From a virus (taxonomy: Duplodnaviria; Caudoviricetes), in IMG/VR virus record IMGVR_UViG_3300042539_001868, positions 1 through 62,195 of that record: a stretch of DNA of 62,195 nt; one strand, given 5' to 3'. Position numbers and translations under genes: made by a program. Numbering within the stretch: position 1 is the first letter of the stretch; each line of letters starts with the position of its first letter. The notes beneath the pieces were generated by a model. That model was not told the origin of the DNA. It saw only the letters and a program-made list of their open reading frames with translations, and ran no database searches. This document shows positions 8,007-16,448 of this stretch, piece by piece.

Positions 8007-9695
8007 ATGAAAAAATTTATAATCACAACACTTCTTGTTCTTTTATCGGTTTATTTAAAGGGACAATTTTGTTCTCAGACCACATTGGTTAATATGGGAA
8101 ATATTACACCAACGGGGGTAAATCAAAGTGTTACAGGAGCTGCAAGTGCTAAAAGATATTGGACATTTACCGCAACTGCGGGGTGTACTTATACATTAAG
8201 TACATGTACAAGCATAAATAGTAATGACACTTATTTAAGACTTTATTCGGGTACAAATCCTGCAAGTGCGATTTTGGTTACGTCAAATGATGATAACGGA
8301 CCTATTTGTACGGGAACTAAGGCATCGATTGTTTGGACTTGTGTTACAAGTGGACCTTATTCAATTCTTGTAACAAATTATTCATGTGCCAATTTAAGTG
8401 CATCAACCAATTTGGTTTTTCGTGTTGTTTGTGGAGCACCTGCGTTTAATCCTTGTACGGGAACTTATCCAACAATAACGTGTGGAGTAAATGTCAATTG
8501 GACTATTTTATCGGGTAATGGGGGTTACAATCCACCATCAACCACTTGTGGTTTTTCAACACCAGGTCAAGAAAAAATATATGTTTTTACCCCAACTGTT
8601 ACGGGGACTTATACCATAAATCAAACTGCTAGTTTTAATTATATTGATTATTTCTTTAAACCCGTGTCAGGAGGTTGTAGTGGAACAGGATGGACTTGTA
8701 TTGATGATTTAACGGGGGCGTCGTCAAGCATTCCGTTTAGTTTGACCCAAGGCGTTCAATATTATATTATGTTAGACCCAGAGACAACTGGTGGAGGTAA
8801 TGTGACGTTTAATATTGGATGTCCAAGTGCGGTCGTTGTTACACCACCAAATGATAACTGTGCAAATGCTATTAACATTTCATCTCTTCCATTCACTTCA
8901 CCTGTTGTAAGTACAAATAATTCAACCTCTGACGTTCCAACCTCAACAACAAGTTGTGGTACATTTGGGGCTAATCTATGGTATAGTGTCTTGGGTAATG
9001 GAACAACTTATACCGCAACAACGTGTAACGCATCGACTAATTATGATACCGAAATTAGAGTTTATACAGGAGCTTGTGCTAGCTTAAATTCAATGACGGA
9101 GATTGTATGTAATGACGATGATGGTGTTTGTGGAACAGGTACGACAAAATCTACGGTTAATTGGTGTAGTGTTACCGGAACAACTTATTTTATCTCAGTT
9201 GGGTATTTTGTTAATACATTAACCTATGGTAATTTTGTTCTTAATGTAACATCAGGTGTTGGATGTCAAATATTACCAATTGAACTTATGTCTTTTGATG
9301 GGTATAACAACAAAGAATATAATGTAATAAATTGGGTTACGGCAACGGAAAAAAATAATGATTATTTCACACTTCAAAGAAGTTTGGATGGGTTTGATTG
9401 GGAAACTATTGAGATTAGAAAAGGTGCTGGTACAAGTCAACTTTCAATATTTTATGAATATAAAGATTATTCATACATTAAGGATTCACCAAATTATTAT
9501 AGACTAGTTCAATCTGATTATGACGGAACAAAAACAAATTCTTCAATTATTGTTATAACATCAAAGAGTGAAAAGAAATGTAATGAATATCAGTACTACG
9601 ATTTATTGGGTAGGGAAATAAAAATAGAAGACGTTGTTAGTGGGATATACTTGAGAAAGTGTGGTGATAGAATTGAAAAAATAATAAAAAACTAA
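8007..9695 (+). CDS. Secreted Cys/Thr-rich protein with Bacteroidota T9SS-cargo-like C-terminus
   Basis: Signal peptide; PPC-like repeats (DTYLRLYSG..SNDD, PPNDNCANA, YDTEIRVY..CNDD); LPIELMSF..W.TATEKNNDYF.LQRS.DG..YYRLVQ.DYDG Ig-like domain; terminal YDLLGR..GIY..KIIK. Confidence 0.75.
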   Translation: MKKFIITTLLVLLSVYLKGQFCSQTTLVNMGNITPTGVNQSVTGAASAKRYWTFTATAGCTYTLSTCTSINSNDTYLRLYSGTNPASAILVTSNDDNGPICTGTKASIVWTCVTSGPYSILVTNYSCANLSASTNLVFRVVCGAPAFNPCTGTYPTITCGVNVNWTILSGNGGYNPPSTTCGFSTPGQEKIYVFTPTVTGTYTINQTASFNYIDYFFKPVSGGCSGTGWTCIDDLTGASSSIPFSLTQGVQYYIMLDPETTGGGNVTFNIGCPSAVVVTPPNDNCANAINISSLPFTSPVVSTNNSTSDVPTSTTSCGTFGANLWYSVLGNGTTYTATTCNASTNYDTEIRVYTGACASLNSMTEIVCNDDDGVCGTGTTKSTVNWCSVTGTTYFISVGYFVNTLTYGNFVLNVTSGVGCQILPIELMSFDGYNNKEYNVINWVTATEKNNDYFTLQRSLDGFDWETIEIRKGAGTSQLSIFYEYKDYSYIKDSPNYYRLVQSDYDGTKTNSSIIVITSKSEKKCNEYQYYDLLGREIKIEDVVSGIYLRKCGDRIEKIIKN

Positions 9696-9721
9696 GAGAT
9701 AAAGATATTTATAAAATAAAT

Positions 9722-9781
9722 ATGAAAAATTTATTCAATATATCTCAAGTTGTTGATTCTAAATCAATGAAACCTTTCTAA
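9722..9781 (+). pseudogene. Truncated gene remnant or micro-ORF (MKNLFNISQVVDSKSMKPF)
   Basis: 19-aa ORF with its own TATTTAT motif (9706-9712) and A-rich leader, ending against the convergent gene. Confidence 0.35.
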
Positions 9782-10014
9782 TTTGAAGGTTCTTCAGTTT
9801 TACCTTCTTTTTTTGAGATTGTTCTAATTGCTTTTGATATTACTTCAGCCTCACCGATACTGTAAGCTCCGTTATGATATGCCAATTTAACTGCCTGTAT
9901 TAATAAATAAGTTGCAGATTCTTTGTCCATTGTTTTTAACAGAACATCTAAATGTTCTTCATTATATAATGGAACTGAGTCAAAAAGTTTTCCAAATAAT
10001 TCTTCTTCTTTCAT
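9778..10014 (-). CDS. Hypothetical protein
   Basis: 78-aa ORF coupled by an ATGA overlap to the upstream gene. Confidence 0.7.
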   Translation of the reverse strand: MKEEELFGKLFDSVPLYNEEHLDVLLKTMDKESATYLLIQAVKLAYHNGAYSIGEAEVISKAIRTISKKEGKTEEPSN

Positions 10015-10655
10015 TTTTCTTTAATTTCGTAAAAATAATTAGTTTCATCACCTGAACTCCACTTTTCACCTTTTTCACAAGTAAACTCATGGGTTGAAAC
10101 TTTAAAATCAGGAAACTTTGTTTCGTGACTTATCAAACTTTGGTCAAACCATTTTATTCTGTTATTAGGTTGAGCGGCAAATTGTCCATTGTCCAACCTA
10201 ATGACATTATATGATTTGTGTTCGTTTGGTGTTTCAGATAATGTTGTATTAATTAAATTAGGATTTGAATTGCAAGAATCAATAGTAAACATGTACTCAC
10301 CCATCTCAGTTTCTTTGTTTTTCATGTATACACCACATCTGAGACCTTTTAAAGTATCTTTTTGAAGAATAGTAATGTCGTAAGACAAACAGTCCCATAT
10401 TTGAAGAAAATCAAGAGGATAATCTTTATCTTCAATTTTTAATGGTTTCCATACGTAAGCAGATATTGGTAGTTTGTCGTAAAGAGCCCCATAGTCAGTT
10501 AATAGTGATTCTATATAAAGAGCCTTTCCTTTAATTGATTTTGCACTAACCCATACACAAGGAGTTAATTCACCAAATCCTTTTTGAAAATCATATAAGT
10601 ATTCTTTTCTTATATAACATTGGATTGGTGGTAAATTAATAATAAAATTGTTCAT
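10011..10655 (-). CDS. Conserved phage hypothetical protein
   Basis: NLPP..CYIRKEYLYD, LQIWDCLSY and EHKS...LDNGQFAAQPNNR motifs recur in aquatic phage proteins; function unknown. Confidence 0.65.
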   Translation of the reverse strand: MNNFIINLPPIQCYIRKEYLYDFQKGFGELTPCVWVSAKSIKGKALYIESLLTDYGALYDKLPISAYVWKPLKIEDKDYPLDFLQIWDCLSYDITILQKDTLKGLRCGVYMKNKETEMGEYMFTIDSCNSNPNLINTTLSETPNEHKSYNVIRLDNGQFAAQPNNRIKWFDQSLISHETKFPDFKVSTHEFTCEKGEKWSSGDETNYFYEIKEK

Positions 10656-10674
10656 AAAATGTAAAAGGTATCGA

Positions 10675-10686
10675 TATTTATAAATA
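10675..10686. promoter_or_regulatory. Palindromic TATTTATAAATA between divergent genes
   Basis: A perfect 12-bp palindrome gives TATTTAT on both strands between starts 10655(-) and 10688(+). Confidence 0.5.
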
Positions 10687-10687
10687 T

Positions 10688-11551
10688 ATGAAAAAGTTTT
10701 ATAAAAATCTTAATGAGGCAACGGGAGATAGTTCTTCGGGTTCATTTAGAATGCCATTACAACCAAAAGAAAAAAAATGGAGTAAGGATTCATTAGCTCC
10801 GTTTAATATTAAGATAGGTTCTGATGAAGATAAGACAAACATAGATACAAGTTCTAAAAAGGCCAGATATGCAGAAAGACCAAAAGTGGCTTTCTTTAAT
10901 AAAGGAAAAGAACAAGTTTCAGAATGGATTGAAGTTACCAATGATTTATTTTTAAAAGAAGTTAGTGTTGAAAAAGAAACAAAATTAAGAAATTTAATAA
11001 AGAAGGTTTTAAGAGAATCAAATTCATCAGTTACTGCCGGTTTATATAACGGACCGATGGAGTTAGGTTTGAAAAAATGGAAAAAACAATTAAAACCATT
11101 TGATATCGAAGTTGAAAATTCACAGAATACAAAAAGTAAAAATTCTAAATTAAAAGATAATGTTTTAACTAAAGTTGGTGTTTGGGAAAAAAATCCTGAC
11201 GGAAGTTACGATATCCCAACCCATGACGCAGGTGGAAAAAAACAAACAAAGATAAACGAAGATTTGGCGGTTTGGTTTGGAACTAAGAAAAAACCAAAAG
11301 GCTCAAAACAACCAAAAGGACCGTGGGTTAATATCTGTAAAAAAGTTGATGGTAAACATCCACCATGTGGGAGAAGTGAAGCTACAGATAAGGCATATCC
11401 AAAATGTAGAGCTGCGGGAGTTGCAGGTAAAATGAGTGATTCACAAAAAAAGGCAGCATGTGCTCAAAAAAGAAGAGCCGAAAAAACAAATCCTAAATCA
11501 GGAACGGGGAACAAACCAAAAATGGTATCTTATAAACCAAGAAAGAAATAA
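10688..11551 (+). CDS. Basic modular putative virion protein (C-terminal DLxxWF..WV..PCGR..YPKC module)
   Basis: Two similar N-terminal modules after LNE|A and LRE|S, then a Cys-containing basic module after INE|D. Confidence 0.6.
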   Translation: MKKFYKNLNEATGDSSSGSFRMPLQPKEKKWSKDSLAPFNIKIGSDEDKTNIDTSSKKARYAERPKVAFFNKGKEQVSEWIEVTNDLFLKEVSVEKETKLRNLIKKVLRESNSSVTAGLYNGPMELGLKKWKKQLKPFDIEVENSQNTKSKNSKLKDNVLTKVGVWEKNPDGSYDIPTHDAGGKKQTKINEDLAVWFGTKKKPKGSKQPKGPWVNICKKVDGKHPPCGRSEATDKAYPKCRAAGVAGKMSDSQKKAACAQKRRAEKTNPKSGTGNKPKMVSYKPRKK

Positions 11552-11578
11552 AAAAACCCCTTATTTAAGGGGGTTTCC
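11550..11578. terminator. Terminator hairpin between convergent units
   Basis: aaaaaaacccctta-tt-taagggggttt hairpin. Confidence 0.75.
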
Positions 11579-11743
11579 ATTTAATTTAACTTCTACTTCA
11601 GGGTCAAACCATCCGTAAACTTCATTGTCAATTTTTGTAAAATCTTTACATAAAATGTGCATTACAATTTTACCACCAACTGTTCTGTTTAACAATAGAC
11701 ATCTATATTTAATTCAAAGACAAACGGCAAAAGCTAAAAGAGC

Positions 11744-12007
11744 TTAATTTATAATATTTTCTTTTGATGGGTTGAGAGAATCAGGTTTGGTTTTTTCAAC
11801 CCATCTTATTCTTTCCACCTTTACAGTATCAAAAACCTTTTCTTGAACTTTTACCTTAATTGTATCATATACAATTATATGTTCTTCTTTAGGAAATTTT
11901 TCATAACTTTCACTTATACTACTCAATATAAACATGAACAAACCTATAATGATTGGAGATAACAAAACAAAAAATCCAATATAAAATAATGACTTAAACT
12001 TTTTCAT
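11744..12007 (-). CDS. Small membrane-anchored protein
   Basis: N-terminal hydrophobic helix (LFYIGFFVLLSPIIIGLFMFIL) followed by YDTIKV/FDTVKV repeats. Confidence 0.65.
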   Translation of the reverse strand: MKKFKSLFYIGFFVLLSPIIIGLFMFILSSISESYEKFPKEEHIIVYDTIKVKVQEKVFDTVKVERIRWVEKTKPDSLNPSKENIIN

Positions 12008-12425
12008 TTACGATGTTGTGATAAATGTTAGTTAATGAATGTTTTACGTTTGACCTAATCTCATCTTCCATTTTTTGTCTTCTAACTTCTACTTCGTTAT
12101 CAAACATATGAATTAATCTGTCAAAAGACTTTGGAAGTATATCAATATTATAACTGTAATTATGATTTACTATTGTTAATTGTTTTATTTCAATAATAAT
12201 GAAAATTTGTTTTTCATCGTTTTTGATGTATCTTTTACCTGAAATGGGCGAAATTAAAAGTTTTGAGTTTTCTTTGTTGATTAAATTTTTACAGATAGAT
12301 AAACATTCATTTTCGAATTCACCTTTTGGTTCTTTTTCTAAATTACTTGCTCTGAATATTTTAAGTGCTGTCTTTTGAAAAAATCTAACAAATTTATGTT
12401 TCAGTGTTGGTTTACTTAAATTCAT
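11994..12425 (-). CDS. Hypothetical protein
   Basis: 143-aa ORF preceded by a host-type promoter element. Confidence 0.7.
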   Translation of the reverse strand: MNLSKPTLKHKFVRFFQKTALKIFRASNLEKEPKGEFENECLSICKNLINKENSKLLISPISGKRYIKNDEKQIFIIIEIKQLTIVNHNYSYNIDILPKSFDRLIHMFDNEVEVRRQKMEDEIRSNVKHSLTNIYHNIVNEKV

Positions 12426-12429
12426 AACA

Positions 12430-12437
12430 CAAATATA
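12430..12437 (-). promoter_or_regulatory. Bacteroidota sigma-A -7 element (TAnnTTTG)
   Basis: Minus-strand TATATTTG 4 nt upstream of ATG 12425, the same spacing as at 7438-7445. Confidence 0.6.
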
Positions 12438-12465
12438 GGAATAATTAAATTATAATCAAAAAAAA

Positions 12466-12954
12466 TTATTTCAAATTCAACAGTTTTAAAAAATCTAACC
12501 AGACATTCAAATCGGTTTCATTTCTTCCTATATTTGCCGAATAACAACAAAGAACAATATTATCTTCAGTATAACCCTTATTTCTATCCAATCTGTCAAT
12601 TGAAGGTTGTTGCGGATGTTTCCTTATAGTTGTTGGTATTAAAGGTATATTAAACCAACAACATAATCCATTTTGTTTTTTATAAATTTTATTAATTATT
12701 TCTACAGTCAGATTATTTTCGATACCTCTATATTTAGAATCATGAATTAATGTGTTTTGCCACAATCTTATTCTTCTTTCTTTTTGTTTTTTACCCTCTT
12801 CTTTTCTAAAATTAGAATCTAATCTTTTTTTTCGTTTATATTCTCTTGTCACTTTGAGTACACAATCAATACACTTTGTACCCCTTTGTGATTTGTAAAA
12901 ACTATCTAAAGATTTTTCTATGTTACAAACAGAACATTTTTTTTGTATATCCAT
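12466..12954 (-). CDS. HNH-type endonuclease with zinc finger
   Basis: CSVC...CIDC zinc finger; QNGLC, PSIDRLD..KGY..DNIVLCC..AN..N HNH-like motif. Confidence 0.8.
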   Translation of the reverse strand: MDIQKKCSVCNIEKSLDSFYKSQRGTKCIDCVLKVTREYKRKKRLDSNFRKEEGKKQKERRIRLWQNTLIHDSKYRGIENNLTVEIINKIYKKQNGLCCWFNIPLIPTTIRKHPQQPSIDRLDRNKGYTEDNIVLCCYSANIGRNETDLNVWLDFLKLLNLK

Positions 12955-12986
12955 ATTAATAAATATATGGGTATACTATAATTTAC

Positions 12987-13010
12987 AAAAAAAAGTGGTA
13001 TTAACCACTT
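12987..13010 (-). terminator. Terminator of the 13009-13704 gene
   Basis: aagtggt-atta-accactt hairpin with an A8 run (U-tract on the minus strand). Confidence 0.65.
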
Positions 13011-13704
13011 ATTTTTTTTTCCATTTACCACCTTTTTCTTTATATCTTTTAGCGGCGGCTCCGTTACAATAAGCACTTGGACAGACTTTATATCTTGATT
13101 TTGCCCAACTCAAACAACTTTGCCATAGTGAAGGATTTGTTGGAACATTCTTTTTTTTCTTTTCAGACAATTCTGATTCCATCATATAGTTATTGTCATC
13201 CATCATGTCATCATGTGGAGCGTTAATTTCATTCATAAGAAAATCAAACACTTGGTCCATGTTGTTTTTAGCTTCAGCAATATGGTCTTGAGCCCAATCA
13301 TGTCCGTTTTCCAAAATACCCTCAACTTGAGACGGGTCTAAATCCATTAATAGTTCAGTTTGTCTATTCATTTGTTCTAAGTTTGAAAAGAACATATATC
13401 TAGAACTTTCAGCATCATGAGATTCCATTATGTCTTCACTACCTTTAGCATTATTTAAATAATCAAAAGATTTTTCACCATAAATTTCATATAATTTTTT
13501 AAAAATTTGTTGTGGGTTTTTTCTTAAATAACGAATAACATCGTTTGGAATATAAGGACCGTATTTTTTTCCAAACATTGATTTAATATCTTTTTCTCTT
13601 GGTTCAGTACCTCTTTCAGGGTCTGCGGTATAATCTTGTTCCTCTAACACTCTTTTAACTAAATGAGCGATTTCGGATTCTTTTAATTTTATAATTTTTT
13701 TCAT
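13009..13704 (-). CDS. Putative internal virion protein with MKKIIKLKESE leader and DUF5872-like C-terminus
   Basis: Leader MKKIIKLKESEIAHLVKRVLEEQ; C-terminal PTNPSLW....AKSRYKVCPSAY.NG...KRYK.KGG.W module. Confidence 0.6.
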   Translation of the reverse strand: MKKIIKLKESEIAHLVKRVLEEQDYTADPERGTEPREKDIKSMFGKKYGPYIPNDVIRYLRKNPQQIFKKLYEIYGEKSFDYLNNAKGSEDIMESHDAESSRYMFFSNLEQMNRQTELLMDLDPSQVEGILENGHDWAQDHIAEAKNNMDQVFDFLMNEINAPHDDMMDDNNYMMESELSEKKKKNVPTNPSLWQSCLSWAKSRYKVCPSAYCNGAAAKRYKEKGGKWKKK

Positions 13705-13725
13705 ATCTCTTATAAATATATTGTT

Positions 13726-14772
13726 TTATGAGTTTAGCCCATTTCCTCCTAAAGTTATGGCATCTAATTGTATTACTGCCTTACCTTGATTATCCGTCCA
13801 TACAGGATGTGGTGGAGATACCGTAAAAGTATTTCCTGAACAAATAACACAAACAGTACTTTCAGTATTTGCACTTTTTGGAGAAGTACAAGTAATACAG
13901 TCTCCATATTCTAAAACTATCGTATCAACAGTACTATCAAATACATCTGTAACAACTTCAGTAAATGTGAAACAATTATTAATAAATTGATTGTTTTTAG
14001 TTACGTATAATTCGTAAACACTATTGGAGGTAGGTATAAATGAATAAGTATTGTAGAAGGTTAATAAGTCCACAATATAAACTGAACTATCAACGCAGTT
14101 TACAAATTTCAATGATTGAAATCCATTTGCTATATAACATTCTACACAAGTTATCAAATATTCGTTTACGGTAATCCCTGTTGGACTATCAACTAAATTT
14201 TCTAAAGACACGCATTTAATGTTTTCATCAACCATTAAAGAATAAACTTCACCAGGATTAACGTTAAAGTTAAAACTAAAATCAAGATTATAAATTTCTT
14301 CAGTAACACAATCAATTGCTTCCCATTTATTATTACAACTTAAACAATCTTCAAATTGACCAGTTGACGGAGTCATATTTGTGTCAGGGTCGTTAGTGGA
14401 TACATCGACAAATTGGGCACAAATCGCGGGGTCGGTATAAAATTTGTAGTATCCTTCAACAATTGGAGTACTACCAAAACCTACACAAAAAATAGGAATT
14501 GAAACGTAATATTCTGTTATACCATCACAATCTAAAAATTTGAAAGATTGATAATTATTGTCCAAGTAACACCTACAACAATCAGAATAAAGAGAGTATG
14601 AATTGTATGATGGTGTAATATCGGTTTCTTCAAGCACCTCACCGCACAATAATTGACTACCCGGTATTGAGCTTTTAAAAGACCAAATCTCGCCTATGTT
14701 AACTGTGTTAGTCCCAAAATCAACAACATACGTATCCTTACTTATACAACTTGTTAAAATATAATATGCCAT
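13726..14772 (-). CDS. Cys-rich virion appendage protein with four tandem Cys domains and a PPHPxWTD C-terminal anchor
   Basis: Four ~70-aa units (strand-C...G..Y...C...CxxC), then SANTESTVCVICSGNT..PPHPVWTDNQG..IQL.AITLGG. Confidence 0.65.
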   Translation of the reverse strand: MAYYILTSCISKDTYVVDFGTNTVNIGEIWSFKSSIPGSQLLCGEVLEETDITPSYNSYSLYSDCCRCYLDNNYQSFKFLDCDGITEYYVSIPIFCVGFGSTPIVEGYYKFYTDPAICAQFVDVSTNDPDTNMTPSTGQFEDCLSCNNKWEAIDCVTEEIYNLDFSFNFNVNPGEVYSLMVDENIKCVSLENLVDSPTGITVNEYLITCVECYIANGFQSLKFVNCVDSSVYIVDLLTFYNTYSFIPTSNSVYELYVTKNNQFINNCFTFTEVVTDVFDSTVDTIVLEYGDCITCTSPKSANTESTVCVICSGNTFTVSPPHPVWTDNQGKAVIQLDAITLGGNGLNS

Positions 14773-14776
14773 ATTA

Positions 14777-14941
14777 TTAGTTGTTTAATCCATTAGGCCC
14801 ACCTAATGTTATTGCGTTCATTTGAATTACATCGTTACCTTGATTATCAGTCCATGTTGGATGTGGAGGGATAACTGTTACAGTATTTCCGGAACATTCT
14901 ACACAAACTGTATTTTCTGTATTTGCACTTGTTGCTGGCAT
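14777..14941 (-). CDS. 54-aa protein missed by the ORF track; stand-alone paralogue of the C-terminus of 13726-14772
   Basis: ATG 14941 to TAA 14777 translates as MPATSANTENTVCVECSGNTVTVIPPHPTWTDNQGNDVIQMNAITLGGPNGLNN. Confidence 0.85.
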   Translation of the reverse strand: MPATSANTENTVCVECSGNTVTVIPPHPTWTDNQGNDVIQMNAITLGGPNGLNN

Positions 14942-14962
14942 GTTGATTTTTAATTATTTTGT

Positions 14963-16426
14963 TTATTTGTAATTGACAATTTGAAACTTAATTTGTCGTT
15001 TATATGTATTGACTTCACCAGTACTTATAACTTGAATATCAATATAATATTCATTTGGTATTTTATCTCTTGTATCAAAAATAAAATAGTACTCGTTAGG
15101 TGTTTTATTTATTTGAGTCCAATCTTGAACCTGAACTTCTGTTTGACCCTCTCTAACATAAACTCTATATTTGGCATCAACTTTTTGTAAAAGTTTTTGT
15201 GTTGTATAAGCTTGTTTTATAACAACACCAACTTTTCTAATATCGGTATTAAAGATTTTTTCATCTTGTTTAATACCATAATAATCAAAACCATAAATTT
15301 TTGGTTCTTGACTTGTAGTCCCTATTTGAATAGAATTTTTGAATGGATATAATGTAAAGTCATTAAGTATACTTGGTAGACTTGTATTATTTAATTTTAA
15401 GTTATACCATTTATCAGAAAATGTACAAGGGGTTTTATAACCAGCCAAAGGTGGTATTACAACTTCATAAACTCCACGAGTTCTTTGACAAGTTGTCAAA
15501 CCTGTCAAACCTTGAATAGGGTCTCCTGTATTATCTAATATATCTACTAAAGGTGTTTGGTCTAGGTTGATAGGATTTCCATCTTCATATAAATAAAGGT
15601 ATAACTTATTAGTTTTACCTAATGTAAATAAATTCCTATCATCATCTATTAAATCGTTATATGTTGTTTCAAGATACGGTTCGTAAAATGTCTGAGTGTG
15701 TCTTGTAAAAAATTGTACCTCATAGTTTTCAGTTAGTCCTGTTAAGTTTTCTACTTGTGGAACAAAGGCAATACCCCATCCTGAAACATTTTCAATTGTA
15801 CCATTAAGAACTGAGTTGATTTCATTTGTCATATCAAATGAAATGTTTTCATTTCCAAATTCAAAATGTTGTACATCAACTATGGTAAGAGCACTGTAAT
15901 TAACATTACCTTGGTTTGTATTACTATAAATCCCTGGTTCAGTCCAAGTTCCTATGGTAGTTGTTTGATACCAATTCGAAGGTCTATCAGAAAAATTTTT
16001 GTCGTACGTTATTTCATACTTCAAATCCGCAAAATCATACCCAACACCTTCATCCCAAATTTGGGGTAAATTAGGATTATCGTCAATAAAAGGAATTCTA
16101 AAAAGAATCAAATCAAAAGATGTCGCTCTTCTTCTTAGTTGTGATGTTTGAGTATTTAAATCTTCAGGGGAAAAAGTTGAAGTGTTTGTCATCCTTAAAA
16201 TATGTTTCAATGTGTCAGTACAACCTGTTGTAATTGTACCATCAAATATTTTTTGTTTTAATAGAGTTAAATCTAAATTAAATATAAAACGAGAATGACC
16301 ATTTAAGGCTTGTGAAAAAGCGGTAGCGCCGTAAAAAAGTTCTGTCACAGGATTCCTACCCGTGTTAGTAAAACTATTGGAAATTATTGTGTTATTTCTA
16401 CTGAAATACGAATTATTTATTGACAT
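14963..16426 (-). CDS. Putative virion structural protein
   Basis: 487 aa, beta-rich; SRFIFNLD, WDEGVGYD and FFTRHT..FYEPYLE motifs recall DNRLRE-like phage structural proteins; TATTTAT upstream. Confidence 0.5.
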   Translation of the reverse strand: MSINNSYFSRNNTIISNSFTNTGRNPVTELFYGATAFSQALNGHSRFIFNLDLTLLKQKIFDGTITTGCTDTLKHILRMTNTSTFSPEDLNTQTSQLRRRATSFDLILFRIPFIDDNPNLPQIWDEGVGYDFADLKYEITYDKNFSDRPSNWYQTTTIGTWTEPGIYSNTNQGNVNYSALTIVDVQHFEFGNENISFDMTNEINSVLNGTIENVSGWGIAFVPQVENLTGLTENYEVQFFTRHTQTFYEPYLETTYNDLIDDDRNLFTLGKTNKLYLYLYEDGNPINLDQTPLVDILDNTGDPIQGLTGLTTCQRTRGVYEVVIPPLAGYKTPCTFSDKWYNLKLNNTSLPSILNDFTLYPFKNSIQIGTTSQEPKIYGFDYYGIKQDEKIFNTDIRKVGVVIKQAYTTQKLLQKVDAKYRVYVREGQTEVQVQDWTQINKTPNEYYFIFDTRDKIPNEYYIDIQVISTGEVNTYKRQIKFQIVNYK

Positions 16427-16448
16427 TTATAACTTTTAATTATAAATA

